Positions 38,379-39,219 of a stretch of DNA of 39,219 nt are shown here, piece after piece. A model generated the notes under the pieces. That model was not told the DNA's origin and did no database searches. It worked only from the letters and a program-made list of their open reading frames with translations. The stretch spans positions 1 through 39,219 of the forward strand of contig JASEHT010000003.1 of NCBI GenBank assembly GCA_030018675.1. The letters are read 5' to 3'. Numbering within the stretch: the first letter of the stretch is position 1; each line of letters starts with the position of its first letter. The position numbers and the translations under genes were made by a program. The stretch comes from Smithella sp. GTDB taxonomy: Bacteria; Desulfobacterota; Syntrophia; Syntrophales; Smithellaceae.

Positions 38379-39219
38379 TCAGTCATTTGCGTAAATAATT
38401 ATTTGATCGCCTGGCGATAATTGTTTGGAGCTTGAAATTCCGTTCCAGAGCATAAGTGCTTTAACCGAGACATTAAAACGTTTTGCGATTACGGATAAGT
38501 TATCTCCTCTGACCACTGTATAAACCGATTTCCCCTTGCCCTCATTAAGCTGTTTTAAAAAATATTCAAATCTTTCCTGAAAGCCTTTTGCTTCACCCCT
38601 GGGAATTAAAAGGACATGCTCACCGGCCGGCAAATCATAATTTTTTAAGTGAGGATTTAAATCCTTAATCACTTTAAAATAAGTATTTGCCGCGGAAGCA
38701 ATAACAAATAGAGGGACGGGCTGGCGGATGATTAATTTAATTTTGTCGAATTCAACCGGTTTGTATAAGTCATCGTCCGTTAGAATAAAACCGTATTTAG
38801 CAGGATTCGACAGAATTAACTTTGCGGCCAGAATTCTGAAAACATATCTTTGCGTTTCCTGATTCAGGTACAATTTATAATAGTTGTTCACTTTCTGCAT
38901 GAGCATTTCCGTTTTTAGGCCGTCTTCTCCCATGTTGTAAGCGGCGGCGGCAAGCGTCCATGAACCGAAAATTTCATAAAGGTCTTTTAAATAAGAAATC
39001 GCCGCATCAGTGGAAGAGAAAAAATTCCGGCGTTCATCTGTGTATTGATTAATTCTCATTCCGTAACGCAATCCAGTGCTTTCTATAAATTGCCAGAAGC
39101 CCACGGCTCCTTTATGAGAGGTCGCCAGAGGTCTCAGGGAACTTTCAACTATTACAATGTATTTTAAGTCGTCAGGGAGAGCGTTCTCTTTTAATTTTTT
39201 TTCGATGTACGGGAAGTAG
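38379..39219 (-). CDS. MltD-like lytic transglycosylase with LysM domain (5' end outside the window)
   Basis: Frame is open to the window edge (YFPYIEKKL..LPDDLKY.VIVES..GAVGFWQF), DERR..STDAA..YL, AAAYNMGE, ETQRYV, C-terminal LysM YTVVRGDNLS.IA. Confidence 0.9.
   Translation of the reverse strand, partial: YFPYIEKKLKENALPDDLKYIVIVESSLRPLATSHKGAVGFWQFIESTGLRYGMRINQYTDERRNFFSSTDAAISYLKDLYEIFGSWTLAAAAYNMGEDGLKTEMLMQKVNNYYKLYLNQETQRYVFRILAAKLILSNPAKYGFILTDDDLYKPVEFDKIKLIIRQPVPLFVIASAANTYFKVIKDLNPHLKNYDLPAGEHVLLIPRGEAKGFQERFEYFLKQLNEGKGKSVYTVVRGDNLSVIAKRFNVSVKALMLWNGISSSKQLSPGDQIIIYAND

Noticed and set aside
19579-39219. Intact prophage or integrative element at ssrA
   Set aside because: No integrase, phage or conjugation genes, and no att repeat seen; housekeeping genes resume within the window.

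Overview
Mostly core chromosome of a probable anaerobic deltaproteobacterium. Gene content, the tmRNA tag and the multi-PAS signalling protein suggest Syntrophales (Smithella/Syntrophus-like), but that is inference. From left to right: comEA-like gene; a long minus-strand run (B12 radical SAM, small membrane protein, M16 peptidase pair, M20 hydrolase, phoH, 7TM-HD phosphodiesterase, ybeY, SDR, lytic transglycosylase); a plus-strand PTS IID-HPr-EI unit, plsB, ttcA; a composite REP-like palindromic repeat; smpB and tmRNA (tag AENYDYALAA). After the tmRNA comes an accessory-looking stretch: RhuM-Fic/Doc fusion, an sxtI/sxtK/sxtJ-like carbamoyltransferase trio (including a 49-aa gene missed by the ORF track and an apparent ATA start), small hypotheticals, a TPR protein, an acyl-CoA ligase homologue with degenerate catalytic motifs, a CAP protein and an FAH-family protein. 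The window ends with a TIM-barrel isomerase, patatin, a HEAT protein, a 4xPAS-GGDEF-EAL protein, ridA, nadA and a truncated mltD. I saw no integrase, transposase, CRISPR array, rRNA or tRNA. All calls come from reading motifs by eye; no searches were run.
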